Shown here in pieces: positions 22,093 through 29,798 of a DNA stretch of 35,952 nt. The DNA comes from Candidatus Woesearchaeota archaeon (GTDB lineage: Archaea; Nanobdellota; Nanobdellia; Pacearchaeales; GW2011-AR1), in contig CAZHRM010000002.1 in the NCBI GenBank assembly GCA_964534855.1, positions 1 to 35,952 on the forward strand, in the 5' to 3' direction. Every line of letters starts with the position of its first letter. The stretch's first letter is position 1. The notes under the pieces were generated by a model. It ran no database searches, had not been told where the DNA came from, and was given only the letters and a program-made list of their open reading frames with translations. Both the position numbers and the translations under genes were made by a program.

Positions 22093-24693
22093 TTAGAAAA
22101 TATCTAAGACTTCATCATCTTCTTTAGAAAAATCTTCTGGAGAGGGATTATCTTCTTTGTCTTCATTCTCTTGTTGAAAGTTTTCTGTCCCTCTTATCTT
22201 TGGAAATTCTGGTTCATAAAATTCTTCAACATTTTCTTTCTGATTTTTTAGATTTTCTTCAATTTTTTCAACAACTTCTTCTATTATTTCTTCACCTTCC
22301 TCTACATTTTCTTTTATTTCTTCTAAAATATTTTGTGGTTTTACAAAATCTTCTTTTAGACTTTCTCTTTCTGTAATCTCTTTTTTTGATTGATATTGTC
22401 GTGGTTCTTCGTCTGTATTTTTTACTTGCTCTTTTTCAATTTCTGCTACATAATTTGCTGTCTCGCTTGCCGCGTCGGCATTTACACTTAGACTGTCAAT
22501 TCCTTTTTCAACTAGAAATTTTATCATCTCTTTTTTGCTTCCTGCTTGTCCGCATATGCTTGTTTCAACGTTGTTTCTTTTACAAACTCGGAGTGCATAT
22601 TCTAATTGATATAATACTGATGGATGCATTTCATTGTATAGTTCTTGGACTTGTTCGTTTCCTCTGTCAACAGCTAGGATATATTGTGTCAAGTCGTTTG
22701 TTCCAAAAGAGACGAAATCAATTCCTTCTTCGCATAATTCTCTTATTAATTGAATTGCAGCAGGTGTTTCAATCATAACACCTAATTTTACTTGGGAAAA
22801 ATTTATTTCTTTTAGAAATTCTTTAACTTTTTGAACCTCTTCTACTAAAATTACTTGTGGTAATAATAAGCCAATTTTTTTCCCATTTTCTGCAACTCTT
22901 TTTAATGCTTTAAGTTCTGATTTAAGTATACTTGGATTTTTAATTCCATATCTTATTCCATGCATTCCTAACATTGGATTTGCTTCTTTTTCTTGAGGAG
23001 CACCTTCAAGGTTTTGGAATTCATCGCTTCTAATGTCTGAGCTTCTAATCCAAAGTTCGTCAAAGTACTGAGATATTTTTTTAATGCCTTTAAAGATTAT
23101 TTCTTCATATTCTTCAATTTTGTTTTGCTTTAGAAAGTAGTTAGGATGTTTTCCTGACTCTGCAATTATCCCCTCTATTCTTACTAAACCTGCTTGTTTT
23201 ATTTTTGTTTTGGCGGCATGTTCAGCGAAGTTCGGCAAGTCTATGATAATTTTTATTTTTATTTTTGTTTCTGCAGTTACTGGAAGCACTTCTTTTTGCA
23301 CTATTTCTGAAATCTTTCCTTTGTAAATTTTTCCTGTAAAGCCGTCGACAGTTATTATTTCTCCTTCTTTTAGTTTAGTTGTTGCTTCTTGAGTACCAAC
23401 GACACAAGGAATTCCCATCTCTCTTGAGACAATTGCAGCATGAGCAGTCAAGCCCCCTTCATCTGTGACTATTGCAGCAGATTTTTGCATTGTGACAACC
23501 ATGTCAGGATTTGTCATCTTTGTAACTAAAATATCTCCTTGATTTATCTTTTGCAAGTCTTTCATGCCCTCTATAATTTTTATTTTTCCATAAGCAATTC
23601 CTGGCGAGGCAGCAAATCCCTTTAAGACTACTTCTCCTTGAAGCTCTTTTGTAGTTTCAGCCCTTTTTTCTATAGTTGTTATTGGACGTGTTTGAACAAT
23701 ATAAATCTCTTCTCCTCCAATTGCAAATTCTATGTCTTGCGGTTTTTTGTAATGTTTCTCTAATTTTATTGCAAGTTCTGCAAGTTTTTTAATTTCATAT
23801 TCTTTTAAGACCTGCTGCTTTGATTTCTCCTCCCTTAATTTTACTATCTCCTTATTCCCTCCAGAATCTCTTGTTATTGCAATTTTTTTGTTTGATATTT
23901 CTTTATCCAAAATTTCTAATTCTGGTGAGATAATATATTTGTCTGGTGTTATTTTTCCAGACACAATTCCTTCGCCCAATCCCCAAACAGCTTCCATGAC
24001 TATATTGTTTTCTTTACGAGTTGGGTTTTTTGAGAAGATTACTCCTGATTTGTCTGAGTCAACCATTTTTTGCACTACTACTGCAAGGCTCGCTTGTTCG
24101 TGTTTGAATCCTTTTTTGTTTCTATAGTATGTTGCTCTTGCAGTAAATAAAGATGCAAAGCATTTTTTAATATGCTTTAGCAATTCTGATTTTCCTTTGA
24201 TGTTTACAAAGGTGTCTTGCTGTCCTGCAAAGCTCGCTGTTGCGAGGTCTTCTGTGGTTGCACTGCTTCTGACAGCGACGAATATAGGCTCTGAAGAGCT
24301 TTTAAGAATTTCAATTGCTCCTCCTTTTGCTTTATCCAAATCTCCAGCCCCTAAACTTTCATATGCCTCAAAAATCTCTTCCTGCATTTCTTCTGGAAAT
24401 TTTGAGTTAATAATTAATTCACGGATTTCTTTTGTTATTTCTTCTATTTGCTTTGTGTTTTCATAATCTATCCTTTTAAGAAGTTCTTTTATCTTGTTTT
24501 TTATTTCTGCTTTTTTTATGAAATAATCATAAGCCTGAGCTGTAACAACAAATCCTGGAGGAACAGGGATTTTGAAGTTGTAAATTTCTGCAAGGTTCGC
24601 TCCTTTTCCTCCTGCAACACTTCCAGAATTTTTATTTAATTCAGGGAACCATTTGATGAATTCTGTTTCTTGTTCCTCTTTTTTTTCATTCAT
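22093..24693 (-). CDS. ppsA: Phosphoenolpyruvate synthase (pyruvate, water dikinase) with an acidic C-terminal extension
   Basis: 866 aa with an N-terminal ATP-grasp (GGKGANLAE), a phosphohistidine swivel (TDEGGLTAHAAIVSREMGIPCVVG), a PEP/pyruvate TIM barrel (FVSFGTNDLTQY) and an E/D/K-rich tail of about 110-125 aa. Confidence 0.9.
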   Translation of the reverse strand: MNEKKEEQETEFIKWFPELNKNSGSVAGGKGANLAEIYNFKIPVPPGFVVTAQAYDYFIKKAEIKNKIKELLKRIDYENTKQIEEITKEIRELIINSKFPEEMQEEIFEAYESLGAGDLDKAKGGAIEILKSSSEPIFVAVRSSATTEDLATASFAGQQDTFVNIKGKSELLKHIKKCFASLFTARATYYRNKKGFKHEQASLAVVVQKMVDSDKSGVIFSKNPTRKENNIVMEAVWGLGEGIVSGKITPDKYIISPELEILDKEISNKKIAITRDSGGNKEIVKLREEKSKQQVLKEYEIKKLAELAIKLEKHYKKPQDIEFAIGGEEIYIVQTRPITTIEKRAETTKELQGEVVLKGFAASPGIAYGKIKIIEGMKDLQKINQGDILVTKMTNPDMVVTMQKSAAIVTDEGGLTAHAAIVSREMGIPCVVGTQEATTKLKEGEIITVDGFTGKIYKGKISEIVQKEVLPVTAETKIKIKIIIDLPNFAEHAAKTKIKQAGLVRIEGIIAESGKHPNYFLKQNKIEEYEEIIFKGIKKISQYFDELWIRSSDIRSDEFQNLEGAPQEKEANPMLGMHGIRYGIKNPSILKSELKALKRVAENGKKIGLLLPQVILVEEVQKVKEFLKEINFSQVKLGVMIETPAAIQLIRELCEEGIDFVSFGTNDLTQYILAVDRGNEQVQELYNEMHPSVLYQLEYALRVCKRNNVETSICGQAGSKKEMIKFLVEKGIDSLSVNADAASETANYVAEIEKEQVKNTDEEPRQYQSKKEITERESLKEDFVKPQNILEEIKENVEEGEEIIEEVVEKIEENLKNQKENVEEFYEPEFPKIRGTENFQQENEDKEDNPSPEDFSKEDDEVLDIF

Positions 24694-24788
24694 GTAAAAT
24701 AAAAGTTGAGGAACTTAATAAAGTTTTTTATTTGGGAGATTTATATTAGCACCATAATCCTTATAATGAATTTTATTATTAAATTTTA

Positions 24789-25025
24789 ATGGTTAAATAT
24801 GAATGTGAGCTAGGTCATAGACCCAGAGTAGGTCCGTTTAGTATTTGTAATAAGTGTATAACTTCTGATTGTACTAATCCTATTTATGAGTTAAATGTAA
24901 GTGTTATGGGAATTAAAGGAAAGGAAAGATTATGGTCTGATTTTGATAAACCCAAAGGAGAAATGAGACTGAGCGATTATTGTTGTGTTTTGCATTGTAA
25001 GGGATATCTTAAAAATAAAAAATGA
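24789..25025 (+). CDS. Small Cys-rich protein (78 aa), possible zinc-binding
   Basis: ECELGH...CNKC...DC...CCVLHC. No family recognised. Confidence 0.4.
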   Translation: MVKYECELGHRPRVGPFSICNKCITSDCTNPIYELNVSVMGIKGKERLWSDFDKPKGEMRLSDYCCVLHCKGYLKNKK

Positions 25026-25028
25026 AAT

Positions 25029-25199
25029 TTATTTACTTATAGCTCCAGCAGGACAAGAATCAATTGCTTTCTTTACACAGGGGATATTTTTTTGAGATTT
25101 AACTCTTGCTTTTCCATCTTTCTCTATTTCAAAAACCTCTCCACAACTCGATGCACATGCTCCACATCCTATACACTTCTTTTTATTTATTTTTACCAT
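25029..25199 (-). CDS. fdx: Single-cluster 4Fe-4S (or 3Fe-4S) ferredoxin (56 aa)
   Basis: ORF below the track cut-off. My translation is MVKINKKKCIGCGACASSCGEVFEIEKDGKARVKSQKNIPCVKKAIDSCPAGAISK. It has CxxCxxC...CP spacing and is collinear with Pyrococcus/Thermotoga-type ferredoxins. Confidence 0.75.
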   Translation of the reverse strand: MVKINKKKCIGCGACASSCGEVFEIEKDGKARVKSQKNIPCVKKAIDSCPAGAISK

Positions 25200-25220
25200 A
25201 ATATATACTATTTAGTTAGA

Positions 25221-25230
25221 TTTATAAATA
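25221..25230 (+). promoter_or_regulatory. TATA-like box upstream of lemA
   Basis: TTTATAAATA ends 20 nt upstream of the ATG at 25250. Confidence 0.45.
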
Positions 25231-25249
25231 TTAGTTAATATCTTTTTCT

Positions 25250-25801
25250 ATGTTATGGTTATGGATTTTGATTGGAGCAGTTGTATTAGTAGCATTTGTG
25301 TTTTTTATTTACTTTAACAGATTTGCTGTTCTAGGGAATCGAATTGATAATTCTTTGAGTCAGATTAATGTTCAGTTGAAAAGACGGGCTGATTTGATTC
25401 CTAATTTAATAGAGACTGTTAAGGGTTTTGCTAAACATGAGAAAGCCGCGATTAAAGCTGTGACTGATGCGCGTAAAGCACTTATTGGTGCTAGGGGTGT
25501 CGAAGATAAAGTTAAGGCCGACAGGAAACTTGAATCTGCTCTGAAAACAATTTTTGCTATTGCAGAAGGCTATCCTGACTTGAAGGCAAACACAAACTTT
25601 CTTGAATTGCAGAGAGAGCTTTCATCTACAGAGGACAAAGTTGCTTATGCAAGACAATATTATAATGACAGTATTTTAACTTACAATAATCTGTGCAAGA
25701 CATTTCCAGGAGCATTTTTCGCAAAACTTTATGGAAAAAAAGAAAAAGAATATCTGAAAATAGCAGAATCTGAAAAAAAGAATGTTAAAGTTAAGTTTTA
25801 A
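25250..25801 (+). CDS. lemA: LemA family membrane protein
   Basis: N-terminal TM, then NRFAVLGNRIDNSLSQINVQLKRRADLIPNLIETVKGFAKHEK...YPDLKAN.NF..LQ.EL..TE.K.A.AR..YN, the typical LemA pattern. Confidence 0.85.
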   Translation: MLWLWILIGAVVLVAFVFFIYFNRFAVLGNRIDNSLSQINVQLKRRADLIPNLIETVKGFAKHEKAAIKAVTDARKALIGARGVEDKVKADRKLESALKTIFAIAEGYPDLKANTNFLELQRELSSTEDKVAYARQYYNDSILTYNNLCKTFPGAFFAKLYGKKEKEYLKIAESEKKNVKVKF

Positions 25802-25874
25802 TAATTATCAAATTCTATAACAAAGTATATAAACTTCAAGTTAGTTGATTTAGTTAATATTATTATGGTTTGAG

Positions 25875-26126
25875 ATGGGAAAAAGTATAGATAATTCTTT
25901 GGGTGATACAGAACATAAAGATTCGTCGGTGTTAGGACCTAATAATTTTAAACCAGGATTTTTTGCAGAAGTTAAACATTATATGAATCCTCTTCATATT
26001 TATTGTAAGGAGAGGAAAATGAAGATTCCTAAAGGAGTTGCAAAATTTTTAGCTCGTGATATTTATGAAAGAGTGATTTATAATACTATTTTTAATAATC
26101 ATAAAAAGAATGTTCTTAATTTTTAA
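25875..26126 (+). CDS. Hypothetical small protein (83 aa), N-terminus MGKSIDNSL
   Basis: Intact ORF between lemA and htpX. Its N-terminal region is similar to that of the next ORF. Confidence 0.4.
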   Translation: MGKSIDNSLGDTEHKDSSVLGPNNFKPGFFAEVKHYMNPLHIYCKERKMKIPKGVAKFLARDIYERVIYNTIFNNHKKNVLNF

Positions 26127-26152
26127 ATTTGGGTGTGATAATTTTGAAGAAA

Positions 26153-26332
26153 ATGGGTAATAGTTTAGATAAGTCTGTGCTTAAGGAAAATTTTTCAGTA
26201 TTTTCTCCAGACGACTTTCGTTCAAAATTAGATAATATGGTTACTTTGGAACAGAAGAATAATTTATTACAGAAATATTTGAAATTATATAAAATTGCTA
26301 ATGGGGATTATAGAGAGCCTCAAAACTCTTAA
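26153..26332 (+). CDS. Hypothetical small protein (59 aa), N-terminus MGNSLDKSVL
   Basis: I prefer the ATG at 26153. It shares MG.S.D.S...SVL...NF with the upstream ORF. Confidence 0.4.
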   Translation: MGNSLDKSVLKENFSVFSPDDFRSKLDNMVTLEQKNNLLQKYLKLYKIANGDYREPQNS

Positions 26333-26356
26333 AAACTATGGGAAATTTATTTTCCC

Positions 26357-27235
26357 ATGAATAAGAGGATAGATTTTAGGGATCAGATTTCAAGAAACAA
26401 GTGGAAGTCATTTTTTTTGATGGCAATTCTTTTTGTTGTTTTTGTTTTATTTGGTTATGTCATCTCTTTGGCATTTGAGCCAGGATTCTTTTTTATCATA
26501 ATGATTATTTCAATAATTTTTTCCTTGAGTTATATTTTAGTTGGTTTTTATAATTCAGACAAAATAGCTATTGCCAGTGTTAAGGCTAAGAAGGCTAGTA
26601 AAGAAAATTATAAGCAGTATTATAATCTTGTTGAAGGTTTGACTTTGGCTTCGGGTATGCCCATGCCTAAGCTTTATGTTATGGATTCTCCCCAGATAAA
26701 TGCTTTTGCTTCTGGAAGAGATCCTCAGAATGCAGTTGTGTGTGTTACAACAGGTGCTTTGGAAAAACTTGAAAAAAGAGAGCTCGAAGGGGTGTTAGCA
26801 CACGAGCTTGGACATATAGCAAGTTATGACATGAGGTATATGACTTTAGTGGCTGTAATGGTTGGCATGATTGCAATTATCTCACAAATTTTTTTAAGAA
26901 GCCTTTGGTTTAGGGGGGGAACTAATGACAGAAGTAAAACTATTTTTATTTTACTTGGAGTTTTAATGGCAATTCTTGCTCCGATTGTTGTTTATATTGT
27001 TCAGATGTCTATTTCAAGAAAAAGAGAATTTGTTGCAGATGCTTCTGCTGTCAAGTTTACAAGATATCCTTCTGGACTTATAAAAGCATTAAAGAAAATA
27101 AAAGAAGATGTTGTCCAGCCAGAAAAAAAAGTCAGCAAGGCTTTGGCTCCTTTGTTTTTTTCAAATCCTTTTAAGGGTTTGAGTTCAACTCATCCTCCTC
27201 TGGAGAAGAGAATTGAAGTGCTGGAGAGAATGTGA
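26357..27235 (+). CDS. htpX: HtpX-like M48 zinc metalloprotease
   Basis: Multi-TM with HELGHI (HExxH), a downstream EFVADA glutamate ligand region, and C-terminal THPPLEKRI. Confidence 0.85.
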   Translation: MNKRIDFRDQISRNKWKSFFLMAILFVVFVLFGYVISLAFEPGFFFIIMIISIIFSLSYILVGFYNSDKIAIASVKAKKASKENYKQYYNLVEGLTLASGMPMPKLYVMDSPQINAFASGRDPQNAVVCVTTGALEKLEKRELEGVLAHELGHIASYDMRYMTLVAVMVGMIAIISQIFLRSLWFRGGTNDRSKTIFILLGVLMAILAPIVVYIVQMSISRKREFVADASAVKFTRYPSGLIKALKKIKEDVVQPEKKVSKALAPLFFSNPFKGLSSTHPPLEKRIEVLERM

Positions 27236-27280
27236 ATTAATTTTCCTAATATTTATAAATCAGTATTATTTAATTAATTT

Positions 27281-28072
27281 ATGGGATTTATAAGGGGTGG
27301 GTTGTTTGTTATTGCCAGTGTTTTGTTAGCCTTGTTTTTTTTATTTGGAAATGCTTTTTTGACATTAGGATTGTCGTTAGATTATGATAATGTTCAGCCA
27401 GAACTTGTTTCTGTTGTTAAAGACCTCACTGAAGATAATCTAAATCTTGAGCAAGAAATAGAAGAAAAATTTGAATCTATGGAATTGCACTGTGAAAATA
27501 ATTCAGAGTTTGTTTTTAGTTATGAGTCTGGACAGACTTTTGTAATTCCTTGTGATATTATTTCTGAGGGTCTCGACGCTGTTGTTGAGTATGGCATCAA
27601 CAGTTTTGTGGAAGAAATTTATTATAAGGATTATGATTGTGATTTTTGGGATTGTTTAGGGAAGGAAGAAGTTCCTTTTTTCTTAGTTTCTGAAAAGGCT
27701 AGGGATTATTGGAATAATAAATTTTGTTTTTTATTAATAGTTTCTGTTATTTTGATTGCGTTGATGTTCTTTTTAGTTGAACAGAAGAGTCACTTGTTTT
27801 TTGTTGTCGGAAGTTTGTTGGCAATTTCTGCACTGCCGTTCATGAAAATCAATTGGGCCTTGTCTTTTTTGGACACATCATTTTTACAGTTTTTTACAAT
27901 CTTTTTTGTTAAAGCATATGTGGTGTTTTTAATTTCTTTTAGTTTGGGGATTATTCTTTTGATGATAGGATTTGTTCTAAAACTTCTTGAAGTTGGATTT
28001 AAGATATCTAGATTTTTTGAGAGATTTAAGAAAAAAACTGATGAGAAAAAATTTTCTGAAAAATCCAAATAA
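27281..28072 (+). CDS. Hypothetical membrane protein with a Cys-containing extracytoplasmic loop (263 aa)
   Basis: N-terminal TM, an acidic loop of about 120 aa with 6 Cys, and 3-4 C-terminal TMs. TTTATAAAT lies about 25 nt upstream. Confidence 0.55.
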   Translation: MGFIRGGLFVIASVLLALFFLFGNAFLTLGLSLDYDNVQPELVSVVKDLTEDNLNLEQEIEEKFESMELHCENNSEFVFSYESGQTFVIPCDIISEGLDAVVEYGINSFVEEIYYKDYDCDFWDCLGKEEVPFFLVSEKARDYWNNKFCFLLIVSVILIALMFFLVEQKSHLFFVVGSLLAISALPFMKINWALSFLDTSFLQFFTIFFVKAYVVFLISFSLGIILLMIGFVLKLLEVGFKISRFFERFKKKTDEKKFSEKSK

Positions 28073-28101
28073 TTTTTATATTGTGTATTTCTACTTGTTC
28101 T

Positions 28102-28941
28102 ATGGTTAAAAAAACAAAAGCAATTGTGATGTTTTCGGGAGGATTAGATAGCAGGCTTGTTGTGAGAATTATGCAAGAACAAGGATTAGAAATCATTGCA
28201 GTTTATTTTAAACTTCCATTTAGTAAAGATATTGAAAAAGAAATAAAAGAATTTACTAAAAAAAATAGAGTAAAACTTAAAATTTTTGATTGCACAAGAG
28301 GAAAACTTTTTCAGGAATATTTAGATGTTATTAAAAATCCAAAGTATGGAAGAGGGGTTGGATTAAATCCCTGTATTGATTGCAGAATTTTTATGTTGAG
28401 AAAAGCAAAAAAACTTGCTGATAAAAAACGGATTGAATATATTGTTACTGGTGAAGTTATTGGACAGAGGCCCATGTCTCAGACAAAAAAAACCACACAA
28501 ATAATTGAAGAAAAAGCCGGGCTTAAAGATGGAGTTATAAGGCCTTTAATTGAGTTTTATGGAATTCAAGGAAGAAAAAGAGATAAACAAATTGCTCTTG
28601 CTAAAAGATTTGGAATTTCTTATCCTTCTCCTGCAGGAGGATGTTTGCTTTGTGAAAGATTATATTGTGATAAATTAAAAAAAATTCTAAATGAGAAGAA
28701 GTTAAGTTATAAAGATATTCAATTTCTTAAGATTGGCAGGCATTTTGAATCAAGCCAGATTATTTTAGGAAAAAATAAAACAGAAAATAAATTATTAGAA
28801 AAAGAAAAAGGAATAAAAATTATCCCCAAACAAGCAGGACCAACTGCTTTAATTAAGAGCAGGAAATTCAAGGACAAAGCTAAGAAATTGATACAGGAAT
28901 ACTCTAAACATAAGATCAAGGATTTTGAGATTAAGAAATAG
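28102..28941 (+). CDS. PP-loop ATP pyrophosphatase, ThiI-like tRNA sulfurtransferase core without a THUMP domain
   Basis: PP-loop MFSGGLDS, NPCIDCRIFMLRKA (CxxC), IVTGEVIGQRPMSQT (ThiI-like TGE.lGQ..SQT), and AGGCLLCERLYC. I prefer the ATG at 28102 over the TTG at 28081. Confidence 0.7.
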   Translation: MVKKTKAIVMFSGGLDSRLVVRIMQEQGLEIIAVYFKLPFSKDIEKEIKEFTKKNRVKLKIFDCTRGKLFQEYLDVIKNPKYGRGVGLNPCIDCRIFMLRKAKKLADKKRIEYIVTGEVIGQRPMSQTKKTTQIIEEKAGLKDGVIRPLIEFYGIQGRKRDKQIALAKRFGISYPSPAGGCLLCERLYCDKLKKILNEKKLSYKDIQFLKIGRHFESSQIILGKNKTENKLLEKEKGIKIIPKQAGPTALIKSRKFKDKAKKLIQEYSKHKIKDFEIKK

Positions 28942-29261
28942 ATAGTTTAGTGTAATAATATTTTAATAGGTTGTTAATTGATGAATTGTTATGGAGATTG
29001 CATATGAAGGTAAAATAAAAAAGAATCTGTATTTTATTTCCAATTTATTTCTAAAATCTAAACTGTTTTTATTAGGTTTGCATAAGTCTATTAATACATA
29101 TTGGGATAAAAGCGAGTGTGCACCAATAGCTGAGATTAATTCATCAAGACTTTTGTTTAAACAAATAAAAAAACTTGGGAAAATTTGTTTAAATTCAGGT
29201 TTTATGGTGAAAAAATAATTTTAACAATAATTTTATAACTTATCTTTTTATTACTTATAAG

Positions 29262-29798
29262 ATGTGTAAAGATTGTATATCAAATCCTGTCTATGAATTT
29301 ACAAATAAGAGAAAACTTTGTAGAAGATGTTTTATTAAATATTTTCAGAAAAAAGTCTTGTATACAATTCGTAAGTTTAAACTTCTTGGAAAAGGAGATA
29401 TTGTTTATTCAACTGATCCTTTTATGAAAGAGCTTCTTAGCCTTTTTGAAGATAAAGGAATAATTGAATTAACTAAGAATAAAAAGAAAGCGACTAAGAT
29501 AATTGTTAATGATAGTATTGATGATAATTCAGATAAAATTATTCATTTGTTGATTAAAGGAAAATTAGAAAAGAATAATAGGCTTAGTCCAATAGATGGA
29601 AAAATTATCAAACCATTTTATTTATTTTTAGATGATGAAATACAGTTATATGCTAAACTAAAAAAAATAAAACTGGATAAAAAATTTAAGCCTGATAAAA
29701 TTAGTGTGTTTATTGAAAGTTTGGAGAAAAAACATCCCGAAGTTAAGAGAGCGATTGTTAATAGTTATTTGGAGTTATTTCTTCTCAATCCTGTCTAG
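29262..29798 (+). CDS. Degenerate NcsA/TtuA/Ctu-like protein that keeps the N-terminal zinc ribbon but lacks the PP-loop
   Basis: MCKDC...LCRRCFIKYFQKKVLYTIRKF.L...GD is collinear with NcsA/TtuA N-termini. The SGGxDS position reads YSTDPF. Later blocks (NDSIDDNSDKIIHLL.KG, IIKPF....DDEIQLYA, LEKKHPEVKRAIVNSY) are retained, but the downstream Cys ligands are absent. Confidence 0.55.
   Translation: MCKDCISNPVYEFTNKRKLCRRCFIKYFQKKVLYTIRKFKLLGKGDIVYSTDPFMKELLSLFEDKGIIELTKNKKKATKIIVNDSIDDNSDKIIHLLIKGKLEKNNRLSPIDGKIIKPFYLFLDDEIQLYAKLKKIKLDKKFKPDKISVFIESLEKKHPEVKRAIVNSYLELFLLNPV

Noticed and set aside
28991-29218. 75-aa plus-strand ORF in the gap of about 320 nt between the two PP-loop-family genes.
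   Set aside because: It has no motif and no well-spaced TATA, and its composition matches AT-rich intergenic DNA. I could not support it as coding. The long gap itself is noted, but I saw no RNA structure in it.
29775-29798. The 24-nt overlap of the convergent genes 29262..29798 and 29775..31775, and the 4-nt overlap of trpS and the SLT gene at 32987..32990, as a possible sign of mis-called ORFs.
   Set aside because: Both partners in each pair have independent support from motifs or topology. Short convergent 3' overlaps are common in compact genomes.
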